A stretch of DNA of 64,000 nucleotides from positions 31,371 through 95,370 of the IMG/VR virus record IMGVR_UViG_3300047509_000088; one strand, written 5' to 3'. This DNA comes from a virus. The position numbers were made by a program, and so were the translations under genes. Position 1 is the first letter of the stretch. Each line of letters starts with the position of its first letter. The notes under the pieces were generated by a model. That model made no database searches and was not told where the DNA came from. It saw only the letters and a list, made by a program, of their open reading frames with translations. This document shows, in pieces, positions 1 through 8,113 of the stretch.

Positions 1-392
1 GACGGCGCCTCGAAGCCTTGATCGAACTGCCGGGCGATGATCATCTCCAGTTCGGGCGGAGACCAGTCCGGCCCCTTCAGGAGCTTGCCGTCCGCTCGAA
101 CTGGACCGCCGGCCTTGGTCATGTTGGACCTGTGGACCTCCGCGAAGATCGGCTCCAGGTCGAGTCCCCATGCCTCGCCTGCACCATATACGACATACAG
201 TAGGTCCGCGAGCGCGTCCGCGACCCCCACGACGTCTCCGCTGTCCGATGCTTCGCAGAACTCCTCCCACTCCTCAAGGATCAATCGCTTGCGGAGGGTG
301 CGGATGCCGGTCGTCGGGGCGGACGGGCGGTCGGCCGAGTAGGCGCCGATCAGACGGTGAAAGCTTCTGACCGAGGACTGTTCTTTGTTCAT
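1..392 (-). CDS. MazG-like / PRA-PH nucleoside triphosphate pyrophosphohydrolase (3' end runs off the window)
   Basis: Not in the ORF track. Manual translation from ATG 392 gives MNKEQSSVRSFHR...LILEEWEEF...VADALADLLYVVYG...EVHRSNMTK...RADGKLLKGPDW, with the EExxE...DxxxD and HxSNMxK..RxDGK motifs. Confidence 0.88.
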   Translation of the reverse strand, partial: MNKEQSSVRSFHRLIGAYSADRPSAPTTGIRTLRKRLILEEWEEFCEASDSGDVVGVADALADLLYVVYGAGEAWGLDLEPIFAEVHRSNMTKAGGPVRADGKLLKGPDWSPPELEMIIARQFDQGFEAP

Positions 393-396
393 TTCG

Positions 397-3342
397 CTAA
401 ATCCTATACCCCTGATGCCCTTCCGCAATCCAGATGAGCGTCTTCTTGGCGCGGGTGGCGGCGACATAAAAGACCCGATTTTCGCCGTCTGGATTGTCGT
501 TATATTCCTGGTAGGTTCGGCGGGTCATACTAACTGAGGTGGCGACGTGGTCGGCCTCCTCGCCCTTGGCGCCGTGAATAGTCGAGATCTCCACTCGCGG
601 CTTCTCGGATAGACTAGCCAGACCGAACCGCTTGACAATCCGTTTGAGGTATTTCCGCTCATACGGCTCCATCCGGATTGCCTCAAGGGGATCATTCCAG
701 AGCTGTTCGGTTAGACGAGAAGAGGCGCCGGCCTTCATCAGGTCGGGAAGACCATACAGGTGCGACCACTGCGTCCTGTCCACTTCCCACTGATCGGGAT
801 AGATCTGGCGCATTAGTTGCTTGAGGCGGCCCTGTCGAACCAGCCGACCCGAATTGAGTTCGGCGGCAACCTTGATCGCCAAGCCTCGATCCCGAGTCGG
901 ATCGGGGATTCCCTGGCTGGACGTTCTGTCTTTGAACGGTATACCCCCCTCTACGAGCATCCCCCGGGCGACTTCGGCAAACACCCGATTCCTGACCAGG
1001 AGCAGCCACGAGTCATCCGCCGTCGCCGCGATCCTCTCGGCCAGCCCCATCCCCCCCTCCGGCTTGTCGGCCCAGCCGAACAGACGGTCGACCTCCCCGC
1101 CTTCGTAGTGGGGCTCGAAGCCGCCCGGGGCTCGCTCGGCAACGGGAACTCGATTGATGATCGACAATGCTTCGGCGTGAACGACGGACGGCAGCCGGTA
1201 TGAATGCGAGAGGTACATCTGGTGGCCGGGACGCTCCCAGACCTCAGACGGGATGGCGCCGCTGAAGGCAAAGATGCACTGATTCACATCACCAAAGGCC
1301 ATGAGATAGTCCGCGTCCTCTTTCCACATGTCGACTACCCGCCACTGACACGGCGTCAAGTCCTGGCAGTTCTTTACGAGGATTCCATTGGCGAAGAAGT
1401 TGTGGTTGTCCTCTACGTCGAGGCAATAAACTGACCCATCGAGTTGCGCTGCCTTCGACTGAAGTCGCGGGGCCCCGATGTTTTCCAGCTCAAGTCTGCT
1501 TGGCACTGGTCGCTGCATGTTCGAGGAAGAGGATGACCCAGCGCCTTCCTGGTAGTGCTGAACTGATCGCCACAGATCACGCAGATTCCGGTTATTGTCT
1601 CTAGTTTGGCGGGGTGGCGCAATCGAGATTGTGCCGTCATCAACCTGAATCGTGCTAGCTCGCATTCCCTGGAGTCGCAGATTCGCCACGTTCCGCGATT
1701 GCTGATTTGGCGTCCACAGATATCGCAGAATCGAGGTGGCGGCTCCATTTTGATCGTTACTTCCGGAAGGGTTGGCCTTAGATCGCCTCGAAGCTTGTAG
1801 ATGAGAGAGGGATGAATGTATGGTCGAAATCGCCTGCGCAATTCGTTGACGTAAGCTGAGGGAAAGTAGATCACCGGACCCTTCTTGGTTTCGTGGATGT
1901 GACATCCCAGCCCCATCGATATCAGATGATCCCGGACGAACTTCACCTCTTCGCGCGAACGACTGCTCACTGTTATACACATGCTTCTGTCGCGTGATGA
2001 TCCATCGTCCATGAACCAAACCGCCAAGGCCAGGTTGTCCACCCACGATAGGAGCTGAGGGGTGATAATCTTGGGGCCATTGGGTCGAGCTATTCGATGA
2101 ATCTCGGTGAAGACTGGATGGCTCTTGGTGGAGAAGCTGTAGACAGAGCCGCCGAAAGAGGTGGGGGATGGACCTCTTATGGGGGATGACCACCGAACCA
2201 GCATGTCGTGTTTCCACCGAAGGTATCCGAGTTGTGCTTGCCCCTGAACGAATCGAACTCGTGCGTTCCCCCGTGGACCGGGGCTCAAGCTGATCGAGGC
2301 GTCTCCAAGTAGCGATCCGACCACGATTGATCGCTCCGACGGTGAGAGCTTCTCCGAGGGGTCGTATGTTTTCACTGGTCAATTGTAGCACGCGGTCCAA
2401 GATCTGACACCGCTCCAGTGGAACGTATCCCTTTCCCAGTACGAGAAGAGGATGGTTGCCCGTGGCTGTGAGCGGTCCCGCCTGGTACAGCGAACGTCCG
2501 CGCAACGGATTCATATGCCAGCCAGTAACTCGTTTGGGTTCGATTGAATCGGTGGCGGGGTTGTAACTGAGGACCGATACTGACAGTCGGCGCTCGACGA
2601 TCTCTCGGATAGGCATCTGGCTGCCGTTCGCCAGCGTAACCATCGAATCACCGGGAAGGCACTCGTCAGTGAATATCCATTTGACGGGTGGGCGAAGGCG
2701 TTCGCGGAGGACAATTTCAAGCATGTCCGCGAAATCAAACAGGCCGGAGGATTGCTTCCACTCATGGTACGTATCCGAGAACTTCGCGGCGTCCCTCTCG
2801 CCCCAGGGGGTGTCCGTCGGATTCTTGAGGCGCATCATTCGAACTATCTCAGGGATGGTCTTGACCAGCGCCCGTCTAAGTTCTTCGGCGACGTAGCACC
2901 AGTCCCCGAAGGTGACAATCGATCCCACGGCATACGGATCGTCAACCGACCTTTGATTCAATACGCCCTGGAACTTGTAGCCAGACGACTCGCCGAACTC
3001 CCGGAGGCCGGACATGGTCACAACCTGCTCGGATCTGAGTTGAAGCAATTGAAAGCACGTCGAGTGAATCGTCCTGACCCAGGGCATCTCGTTATCGGTC
3101 AGACCGTATTCGGTTGACAGGCGGCGTCTTAGTTCCTGAGTAGCGTTTCGGGTGAAGGCGTTCACGAGCATTTGGTCGGACGGCAATCCCGCCTTGAGGT
3201 GGGCGTCGAGGATCACACCCAGGCTTCGCGTCTTGCCGCACCCGGGGCTTCCGTAGATCATCACCTCGCGGTCATTGTCGACTTCGCGGTGCAGCTTGAG
3301 ATCTGGAAGCAGCTCAAGCAGGCGGGCGGTCAGGGCGCTCAT
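397..3342 (-). CDS. UvrD/PcrA-like superfamily 1 DNA helicase containing an intein
   Basis: Walker A GSPGCGKT, AFTRNA, RTIHS, DFADML, Walker B FTDE|CQD interrupted by the intein, GDVNQCIFAFSGA, STIHGAKGEEAD, YVAATRAK. Confidence 0.95.
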   Translation of the reverse strand: MSALTARLLELLPDLKLHREVDNDREVMIYGSPGCGKTRSLGVILDAHLKAGLPSDQMLVNAFTRNATQELRRRLSTEYGLTDNEMPWVRTIHSTCFQLLQLRSEQVVTMSGLREFGESSGYKFQGVLNQRSVDDPYAVGSIVTFGDWCYVAEELRRALVKTIPEIVRMMRLKNPTDTPWGERDAAKFSDTYHEWKQSSGLFDFADMLEIVLRERLRPPVKWIFTDECLPGDSMVTLANGSQMPIREIVERRLSVSVLSYNPATDSIEPKRVTGWHMNPLRGRSLYQAGPLTATGNHPLLVLGKGYVPLERCQILDRVLQLTSENIRPLGEALTVGAINRGRIATWRRLDQLEPRSTGERTSSIRSGASTTRIPSVETRHAGSVVIPHKRSIPHLFRRLCLQLLHQEPSSLHRDSSNSSTQWPQDYHPSAPIVGGQPGLGGLVHGRWIITRQKHVYNSEQSFARRGEVRPGSSDIDGAGMSHPRNQEGSGDLLSLSLRQRIAQAISTIHSSLSHLQASRRSKANPSGSNDQNGAATSILRYLWTPNQQSRNVANLRLQGMRASTIQVDDGTISIAPPRQTRDNNRNLRDLWRSVQHYQEGAGSSSSSNMQRPVPSRLELENIGAPRLQSKAAQLDGSVYCLDVEDNHNFFANGILVKNCQDLTPCQWRVVDMWKEDADYLMAFGDVNQCIFAFSGAIPSEVWERPGHQMYLSHSYRLPSVVHAEALSIINRVPVAERAPGGFEPHYEGGEVDRLFGWADKPEGGMGLAERIAATADDSWLLLVRNRVFAEVARGMLVEGGIPFKDRTSSQGIPDPTRDRGLAIKVAAELNSGRLVRQGRLKQLMRQIYPDQWEVDRTQWSHLYGLPDLMKAGASSRLTEQLWNDPLEAIRMEPYERKYLKRIVKRFGLASLSEKPRVEISTIHGAKGEEADHVATSVSMTRRTYQEYNDNPDGENRVFYVAATRAKKTLIWIAEGHQGYRI
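1413..2375 (-). CDS. LAGLIDADG homing endonuclease with C-terminal Cys-rich Zn fingers, in the +1 frame inside the helicase intein
   Basis: IVVGSLLGDAS and LAVWFMDDGS LAGLIDADG-type helices; CDICG..CDSREC and CVICG..CSDQC; GTG start at 2375. Confidence 0.9.
   Translation of the reverse strand: MKTYDPSEKLSPSERSIVVGSLLGDASISLSPGPRGNARVRFVQGQAQLGYLRWKHDMLVRWSSPIRGPSPTSFGGSVYSFSTKSHPVFTEIHRIARPNGPKIITPQLLSWVDNLALAVWFMDDGSSRDRSMCITVSSRSREEVKFVRDHLISMGLGCHIHETKKGPVIYFPSAYVNELRRRFRPYIHPSLIYKLRGDLRPTLPEVTIKMEPPPRFCDICGRQISNRGTWRICDSRECELARFRLMTAQSRLRHPAKLETITGICVICGDQFSTTRKALGHPLPRTCSDQCQADLSWKTSGPRDFSRRQRNSMGQFIAST
2382..2390 (-). promoter_or_regulatory. Extended -10 promoter for a leaderless transcript of the nested endonuclease
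   Basis: TGCTACAAT followed by 6 nt and then the GTG at 2375, the same spacing as other leaderless genes in the window. Confidence 0.65.
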
Positions 3343-3647
3343 CTTCCGTCCAGCACAGCCCGCTCGATCGCCTCCCAGCGTTCTACCTGAGTCGGCAGGT
3401 TCAGCTCATCAAACGATTCATCAGCCTGCCATCTCCGCCACAACATGTGATAGTACGGCATTCGCTCATACGGTTCCAGATCAGACCAACAGTCCTCGCA
3501 CAAAGGAAAGCAACCTCCCCCCTCCCGAGGATACGTGACGTGTCCGTGAACAAACGCCCAGGGCATCCCGCACCTCAAACACTGTCCGTAGCCGTGCGAG
3601 AACCACCGAGCGAAGGGTGCAAGTAATCGGCGGGTCCGGTAGGTCAC
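3339..3647 (-). CDS. Cys-rich hypothetical phage protein
   Basis: CLRCG..CFPLCEDCW; overlapping start/stop with both neighbours. Confidence 0.6.
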   Translation of the reverse strand: MTYRTRRLLAPFARWFSHGYGQCLRCGMPWAFVHGHVTYPREGGGCFPLCEDCWSDLEPYERMPYYHMLWRRWQADESFDELNLPTQVERWEAIERAVLDGR

Positions 3648-3862
3648 CTTCCGCAGTCCATGCAGAGATGCAGATCCCGGAACCTGACGGCGCCCTGGAT
3701 CAGTAGGCCGTGAGCTTGGACCCATTCACGCGGCCAGGTTGGATGGGGGACCGCCTCGATATCGAGCGGCGGTGGCATCCAGGTCGGGCGGTTTCGGAGG
3801 TGGGGGCAGTCCGGCCTCAGATGGGCGGTCTTTGAGGTTCGATTAGCGAGCCAGACGATCAT
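3644..3862 (-). CDS. Small Zn-binding hypothetical protein
   Basis: HLRPDCPHL...LCMDC; ATGA overlap with the upstream gene. Confidence 0.55.
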   Translation of the reverse strand: MIVWLANRTSKTAHLRPDCPHLRNRPTWMPPPLDIEAVPHPTWPREWVQAHGLLIQGAVRFRDLHLCMDCGR

Positions 3863-4059
3863 CTCCCGTACCGGACATACGCATAGATCCCGGCGCCGGG
3901 CAGGTAGTACCAGTCCGAGTCCAGTTGGGTCAAGGTTCGATAGTATCCTCCGAACTCGACCGCTTGTGCCTTGAGCTTGATGCGGTGTTTCGCCAGATCG
4001 AACAACCTGATGTCCAAAAACGTGAACGTCCCCCAGAATGCGAACATGATCCAGGTCAT
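3859..4059 (-). CDS. Small hypothetical protein (leaderless)
   Basis: ATG lies 6 nt after a TTGACT-N17-TATCCT promoter. Confidence 0.6.
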   Translation of the reverse strand: MTWIMFAFWGTFTFLDIRLFDLAKHRIKLKAQAVEFGGYYRTLTQLDSDWYYLPGAGIYAYVRYGR

Positions 4060-4065
4060 CTGGCG

Positions 4066-4094
4066 AGGATATCACCTGGGAGCGTACAAGTCAA
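4066..4094 (-). promoter_or_regulatory. Sigma70-type promoter with TGTACGC box
   Basis: TTGACT TGTACGCTCCCAGGTGA TATCCT-N6-ATG. Confidence 0.75.
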
Positions 4095-4117
4095 ACCCCG
4101 CCTAATCGATAGACCGT

Positions 4118-4726
4118 CTAGCTGGAAGATCGCGGCTGGATGCGCTCAACCCAGACAGCCGGCGGCTGGCCGGGTAAGGCGGTCAGTCGGGAGACACCAA
4201 GCAATCTTAATTTAGCCTTGTAGCGTTTCTTCGCTGCTTTGGCGCAGATTGAACACCATCGCTCACCGCTTGTTTTGCGTCGATCGAACGGATGACCTCT
4301 AGGGCAGACAGTTTTTCGAGCGTTGATAGCGGCCGGACCTTCTCCGCGAAGTGTATTCTCTCGTTCCGTGACCGGTTCCCCGCAGCAAGGATTGACACAC
4401 CACGGATTCCGACAGAGATGATCAAGGTCTAACCCAGTAGGGATCGGGCCAATCATTTTCTCGTAGAGGAATCTATGCAGCAGGACTTGTTTACCCTGAG
4501 ACGCAATGACAGCATAACGGTCATCGTTTGATCTCTTACTATTTGAGCGACTCTTACGAAGCCTCCAGCATCCGTTATTGAGAGGTTCGATCCTCGACAT
4601 TGCGCGATCAAAAGCAGAAGCCGATTGAGCCTCGCGTTGAACCCTCCTTCCAAAGGGAAGTTGGTGGCCGTTTACGAATCGTTTGCCCGGGTTCGGAGAT
4701 TCACCACACCCGCATTCACAGCTCAT
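4118..4726 (-). CDS. Free-standing HNH homing endonuclease
   Basis: CECGCG..RFVNGH N-terminus, NGCW, DLDHLCRNPWCVNP, CPRGHPF..CSIC; ATG overlaps the stop of the SLOG gene. Confidence 0.9.
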   Translation of the reverse strand: MSCECGCGESPNPGKRFVNGHQLPFGRRVQREAQSASAFDRAMSRIEPLNNGCWRLRKSRSNSKRSNDDRYAVIASQGKQVLLHRFLYEKMIGPIPTGLDLDHLCRNPWCVNPCCGEPVTERENTLRGEGPAAINARKTVCPRGHPFDRRKTSGERWCSICAKAAKKRYKAKLRLLGVSRLTALPGQPPAVWVERIQPRSSS

Positions 4727-5214
4727 ATTCTTTCTACCCATACTTGGGGCGGAAGGCCAGGTAAGGCAACCACGACTTTGCCGGATAGCTTCATAGCTTT
4801 CCGGATTGTGTCGGCGGTTCCGTTTGACTCGCCGTTCCAAAACGCGACTATCACGTCAGACGCCAGGACGATTACGGTATTCCGCTCAAACAGGGTTCGG
4901 ACATATCGCTCACCCTGGGCGGTGACCTCGATAACGTCTCGGCGGTACGTCTGGGCCTTGAGGCGAGCTTCCCGGTCGACCCCCCGAGCGCCTCCAGATA
5001 TCACATATGCGTCGGGATGAAGCAGTTGTATGAGCTTGCCGACCCGGTCAAGCTCGGGATAGTTCCGCGAACCGACGATTCCCACCCGTCTGGCGTCCTT
5101 CAAAATGTCAATTGAGGTCTTGATCGAAAAACACCCCGCCTCGTCCGCGACCTCGGCGCCGACCTTGTTCATCGCCAGAGCGGGGTTGACCAATCCGGTA
5201 TTGACGTCGGTCAT
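4723..5214 (-). CDS. SLOG-superfamily (YspA/DprA-like) nucleotide-binding protein
   Basis: GIVGSRNY, VISGGARGVD, RN..IV..SD.IVAFWNGESNGT. Confidence 0.85.
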   Translation of the reverse strand: MTDVNTGLVNPALAMNKVGAEVADEAGCFSIKTSIDILKDARRVGIVGSRNYPELDRVGKLIQLLHPDAYVISGGARGVDREARLKAQTYRRDVIEVTAQGERYVRTLFERNTVIVLASDVIVAFWNGESNGTADTIRKAMKLSGKVVVALPGLPPQVWVERI

Positions 5215-5414
5215 GCTTTCCCATCTCTCAGGCGGATGATCTCTTGGTACATCTCTTCGATCAGATTTGCGCAGTCGAGCAGGTATTGACCGTCCCCTCG
5301 ACTGTACGGCGGATTCATCCATCGAACAATCAAAGCCCTGCGCCGGAGCCCTTCAATTGTGCGATGAACCTTCTTACCGAACCTGGCTGACCCCGGGGCT
5401 GGATACACGGTCAC
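5211..5414 (-). CDS. Hypothetical protein
   Basis: GTGA/ATGA overlaps with both neighbours. Confidence 0.5.
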   Translation of the reverse strand: MTVYPAPGSARFGKKVHRTIEGLRRRALIVRWMNPPYSRGDGQYLLDCANLIEEMYQEIIRLRDGKA

Positions 5415-6283
5415 GCTATGTGATCCCCGGCCCCGAAAAAGCAGAAATACCACCATGGGCAGTATTTTTCATGGCATGATCGACTCGACGGTTTGGCCGG
5501 GAAAATGCCTGCCTCGACCTGGTCGACCTTTCGGCGAACGACGGCATCGATATATCGCTGTATCTTGCTCGGATCAAACGGGATCTCCCACTCCTGGATC
5601 TCATCCTTTCCGAACACTCGTGGTATGACCAGAAATTTGAAGGTCGGGATTCGATCGTAATGGGCGAAGTATGCACCCATATAGAGGTTGGCCTGGAGAT
5701 CGTATTTGTCCGGGTTGTCCCATGGCTCCGTCGTTGACTTGAGGTCCGCGATCAGGTCACCCTCACACTCAAGGTCCAATTTAGCCTCGAAAGCCCAACT
5801 GTCCCTCCAGCTCGACTTGGGCGTGAGCGGGACGAAGATCGAGTGCTCCGTCCTCAATATCCGGATGGAACCGTACTTCTTGATGTAGACGGGAATCTGG
5901 CGTTCGAGCCAGTACACCGCCACCTCGCGGCACCACAACTTGCCGTAGTTGCCTCTGGCTTTGCTGATTGAGCCGTCTTTGTTCAGGTCGGGTGGGTCAT
6001 CCCAGGTTAATGGGAACTTCTTTCGGTTCGGTGAGTTGATCTCTCGGTCGAGAAATGCAATTGCCGCCCGAACCGCTTCGGACGAATTGCGTGCCTCGCC
6101 CTTGTTGTGCGCCTCGATTCCGCGATGGATCGCTGAGCCGTAGATTACGAAGATCCCAATCCCGGAGCGGGGAATTCTTTGTCTGTGATAGGAGAGCGCC
6201 AGGTCACAGTCATGGTTGAGCTGGCTAAAGCTGATCGAATTGCCGACCGGCCGGCTGACGGTACGTTCTACGGTAAGTGGCAA
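5411..6283 (-). CDS. PD-(D/E)XK Cas4/RecB-like exonuclease
   Basis: ISFSQL..C, GSAIH, KLDL..IADLKS, QANLY, C-terminal C..YCPW...C. Confidence 0.88.
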   Translation of the reverse strand: MPLTVERTVSRPVGNSISFSQLNHDCDLALSYHRQRIPRSGIGIFVIYGSAIHRGIEAHNKGEARNSSEAVRAAIAFLDREINSPNRKKFPLTWDDPPDLNKDGSISKARGNYGKLWCREVAVYWLERQIPVYIKKYGSIRILRTEHSIFVPLTPKSSWRDSWAFEAKLDLECEGDLIADLKSTTEPWDNPDKYDLQANLYMGAYFAHYDRIPTFKFLVIPRVFGKDEIQEWEIPFDPSKIQRYIDAVVRRKVDQVEAGIFPAKPSSRSCHEKYCPWWYFCFFGAGDHIA

Positions 6284-6284
6284 T

Positions 6285-6473
6285 TCAGCCTCGAAGCCAC
6301 CACTTCACCAGGCCGCGAAGTGTACCGTACACAAGCCGATAGTCCTCGCGGTCTGCGGACCCCACGTCAATACGCATCTCGCTGATTCGACGTTCATTCT
6401 CGGGGGTGCGCGGGAAGGACATCGCCATGATCTCGGCGATATACTCGGACTCGATGCGATGTTGATCTCTCAA
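6285..6473 (-). CDS. Hypothetical protein
   Basis: Tightly packed ORF in the operon. Confidence 0.45.
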   Translation of the reverse strand: MRDQHRIESEYIAEIMAMSFPRTPENERRISEMRIDVGSADREDYRLVYGTLRGLVKWWLRG

Positions 6474-6552
6474 ATTCGATTCTTCAGTCTAGCGGTTTGA
6501 GGGCTGCCGGCCGAGATGACCGGCAGCCCGTCACGTGGGGTGTGAAAGTCCT

Positions 6553-7380
6553 CTAGAAGGTGATCTTGGGGGCCGCCGGCTGACCAGCCGGCTGACCACC
6601 GGGTACCGGCGGGAGGGGTGGCGGGGCGGGGGGAGCGACCGGCGGCGGAGCGACGGCGGCGGCCGGAGGTGGTGGCGGGACGGGCGGTGCGGTGGGGATC
6701 GGGGCCCACTCGTACGCGGAGCCGTTCAGCCAGAGGCCGTGGCCGTTCTCGATCCTCTCGAAGGGCTGGCCGTTCGGCGCCAGGGGAACCGCAGCCTGGC
6801 CGTTCCCGGGGGTCGGGAGGGGTGGAGCCGCCTGGGTCGGCTGGACGGCCGCAGGCGGCGGCTGAGCGGCTTGAGGAGGCTGGAAGGCGGATGCAGCGGG
6901 TGCGCCGGGGGTCGCAATCGGAACCCCGACCTGGCCCGGGACGTACCTCGACCAGCCGATCGGCTTGAGGCGGAGCACCTCGGCATTCGGGTTGGCGTAG
7001 TTGCCGACGAATACGACCCGCTGCCCGACCAGGGCCTCCAGGTCGATCGCGTACGCCTGGTCGTCGGTGATCGGGCCGTAGATCGCCTCGACGAACTGCC
7101 GGAGCATCGACTTCTGACCGGACGTGGTGGCGGACATGGTGAGGTTCATGAAGACCATCAGTTGACCCGGGACGGCCTTCGGCATGTTCGTCAACGGGTC
7201 GGTGATCGTGATCTGACTGTACGGACCCTCGAACACCTTGAAGTGGATCTTGACCTGGTCGTTGCCGAACTTGGGTCCCTTGTCGGCCTTCGGGGCTTCG
7301 GCGACCTCGACCGGAAGTGGGGTCATCGGAGGCAGCGGCGGCCACTGTTCCCTCGCCTTCGGATTTGCCTTCAGCGGCAT
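6553..7380 (-). CDS. Putative ssDNA-binding (OB-fold-like) protein with Pro/Ala-rich tail
   Basis: SD AAGGAG before ATG 7380; KSMLRQFVEAIYG..DLEALVGQ motif; next to the exonuclease; C-terminal Phe. Confidence 0.55.
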   Translation of the reverse strand: MPLKANPKAREQWPPLPPMTPLPVEVAEAPKADKGPKFGNDQVKIHFKVFEGPYSQITITDPLTNMPKAVPGQLMVFMNLTMSATTSGQKSMLRQFVEAIYGPITDDQAYAIDLEALVGQRVVFVGNYANPNAEVLRLKPIGWSRYVPGQVGVPIATPGAPAASAFQPPQAAQPPPAAVQPTQAAPPLPTPGNGQAAVPLAPNGQPFERIENGHGLWLNGSAYEWAPIPTAPPVPPPPPAAAVAPPPVAPPAPPPLPPVPGGQPAGQPAAPKITF

Positions 7381-7426
7381 TAATTGTCTATCTCCTTGAA
7401 CTGACGAACAGACGGGTGGGCAAAGA

Positions 7427-7615
7427 TCAGACCAGCTCGACGAGCCCCTTCTCGATGATCTGGGTGACGGCGCGATGGATCTCACGGACGGCGTTGTCGT
7501 AGTTCACCGTGCCCTTCATCGGGACGAACTCCAGCAGTCGGCGGGCGGCGGTCTCCAGTTCGCGGTAGGACTGTCGCTCCGAATCGAGCCTGGCCCTGTC
7601 TGCGTCAGTCACCAT
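7427..7615 (-). CDS. Hypothetical protein
   Basis: SD GGGAGG upstream. Confidence 0.55.
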   Translation of the reverse strand: MVTDADRARLDSERQSYRELETAARRLLEFVPMKGTVNYDNAVREIHRAVTQIIEKGLVELV

Positions 7616-7710
7616 TGACGGCCCTCCCTTTGATTCTATGTGTGACGAACCAGATGACCGCCAGCGCGATCAGGAACTCGCGAAATAGCCGGTTCATCAG
7701 ATCAGACGAC

Positions 7711-8112
7711 CTATCCCTTCCCGAGCTTGGCGACCGCAGCGCGGTATTGCGTCATCAGGTAGGCGCCCATGTCCATCCCCGGGTCGTGCCACAGGTCACG
7801 ATTGAACTCCAGCTTGACGCCGGTTCCGTCGGGCGACTGAAAGGTCACCACGTAGGACTCAGGGTGGGTGGTCGCCGTCGGGACCGGGTCCGGGCCGTGA
7901 GCGAATCCGGATATCGGGGTGCCGTCTGTATAGCGTCCGCGTTTGGTCGGATCGGCATGCTCCCGATACCGCATCCAGAGGTAGCCGCCCACATCGACCC
8001 CGGAATCCTCGAACAGCTCACGGCTGAGCTGTATCAGGCAGTCCGTGGTTGTATCGGGCGACTCGAAGGTCACTGCGTAGAACATGCCTCCGTTGGTCAA
8101 ATCTACCATCAG
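7711..8112 (-). CDS. Hypothetical protein with an internally duplicated domain
   Basis: YAVTFESPD..RELFEDSGVDVGGYL vs YVVTFQSPD..RDLWHDPGMDMGAYL. Confidence 0.65.
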   Translation of the reverse strand: MMVDLTNGGMFYAVTFESPDTTTDCLIQLSRELFEDSGVDVGGYLWMRYREHADPTKRGRYTDGTPISGFAHGPDPVPTATTHPESYVVTFQSPDGTGVKLEFNRDLWHDPGMDMGAYLMTQYRAAVAKLGKG

Positions 8113-8113
8113 G

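Larger units (their letters stand above)
1369..2661 (-). mobile_element. Intein (431 aa) inserted in helicase Walker B (DE|CQD)
   Basis: Begins CLPGDSMV, block B TATGNHP, ends VYCLDVEDNHNFFANGILVKN followed by +1 Cys. The penultimate residue is K, not H. The in-frame middle has no endonuclease motifs. Confidence 0.93.

Noticed and set aside
5411-6283. Cas4 as part of a CRISPR-Cas system
   Set aside because: It stands alone in a replication/recombination cluster, typical of phage Cas4-like exonucleases.
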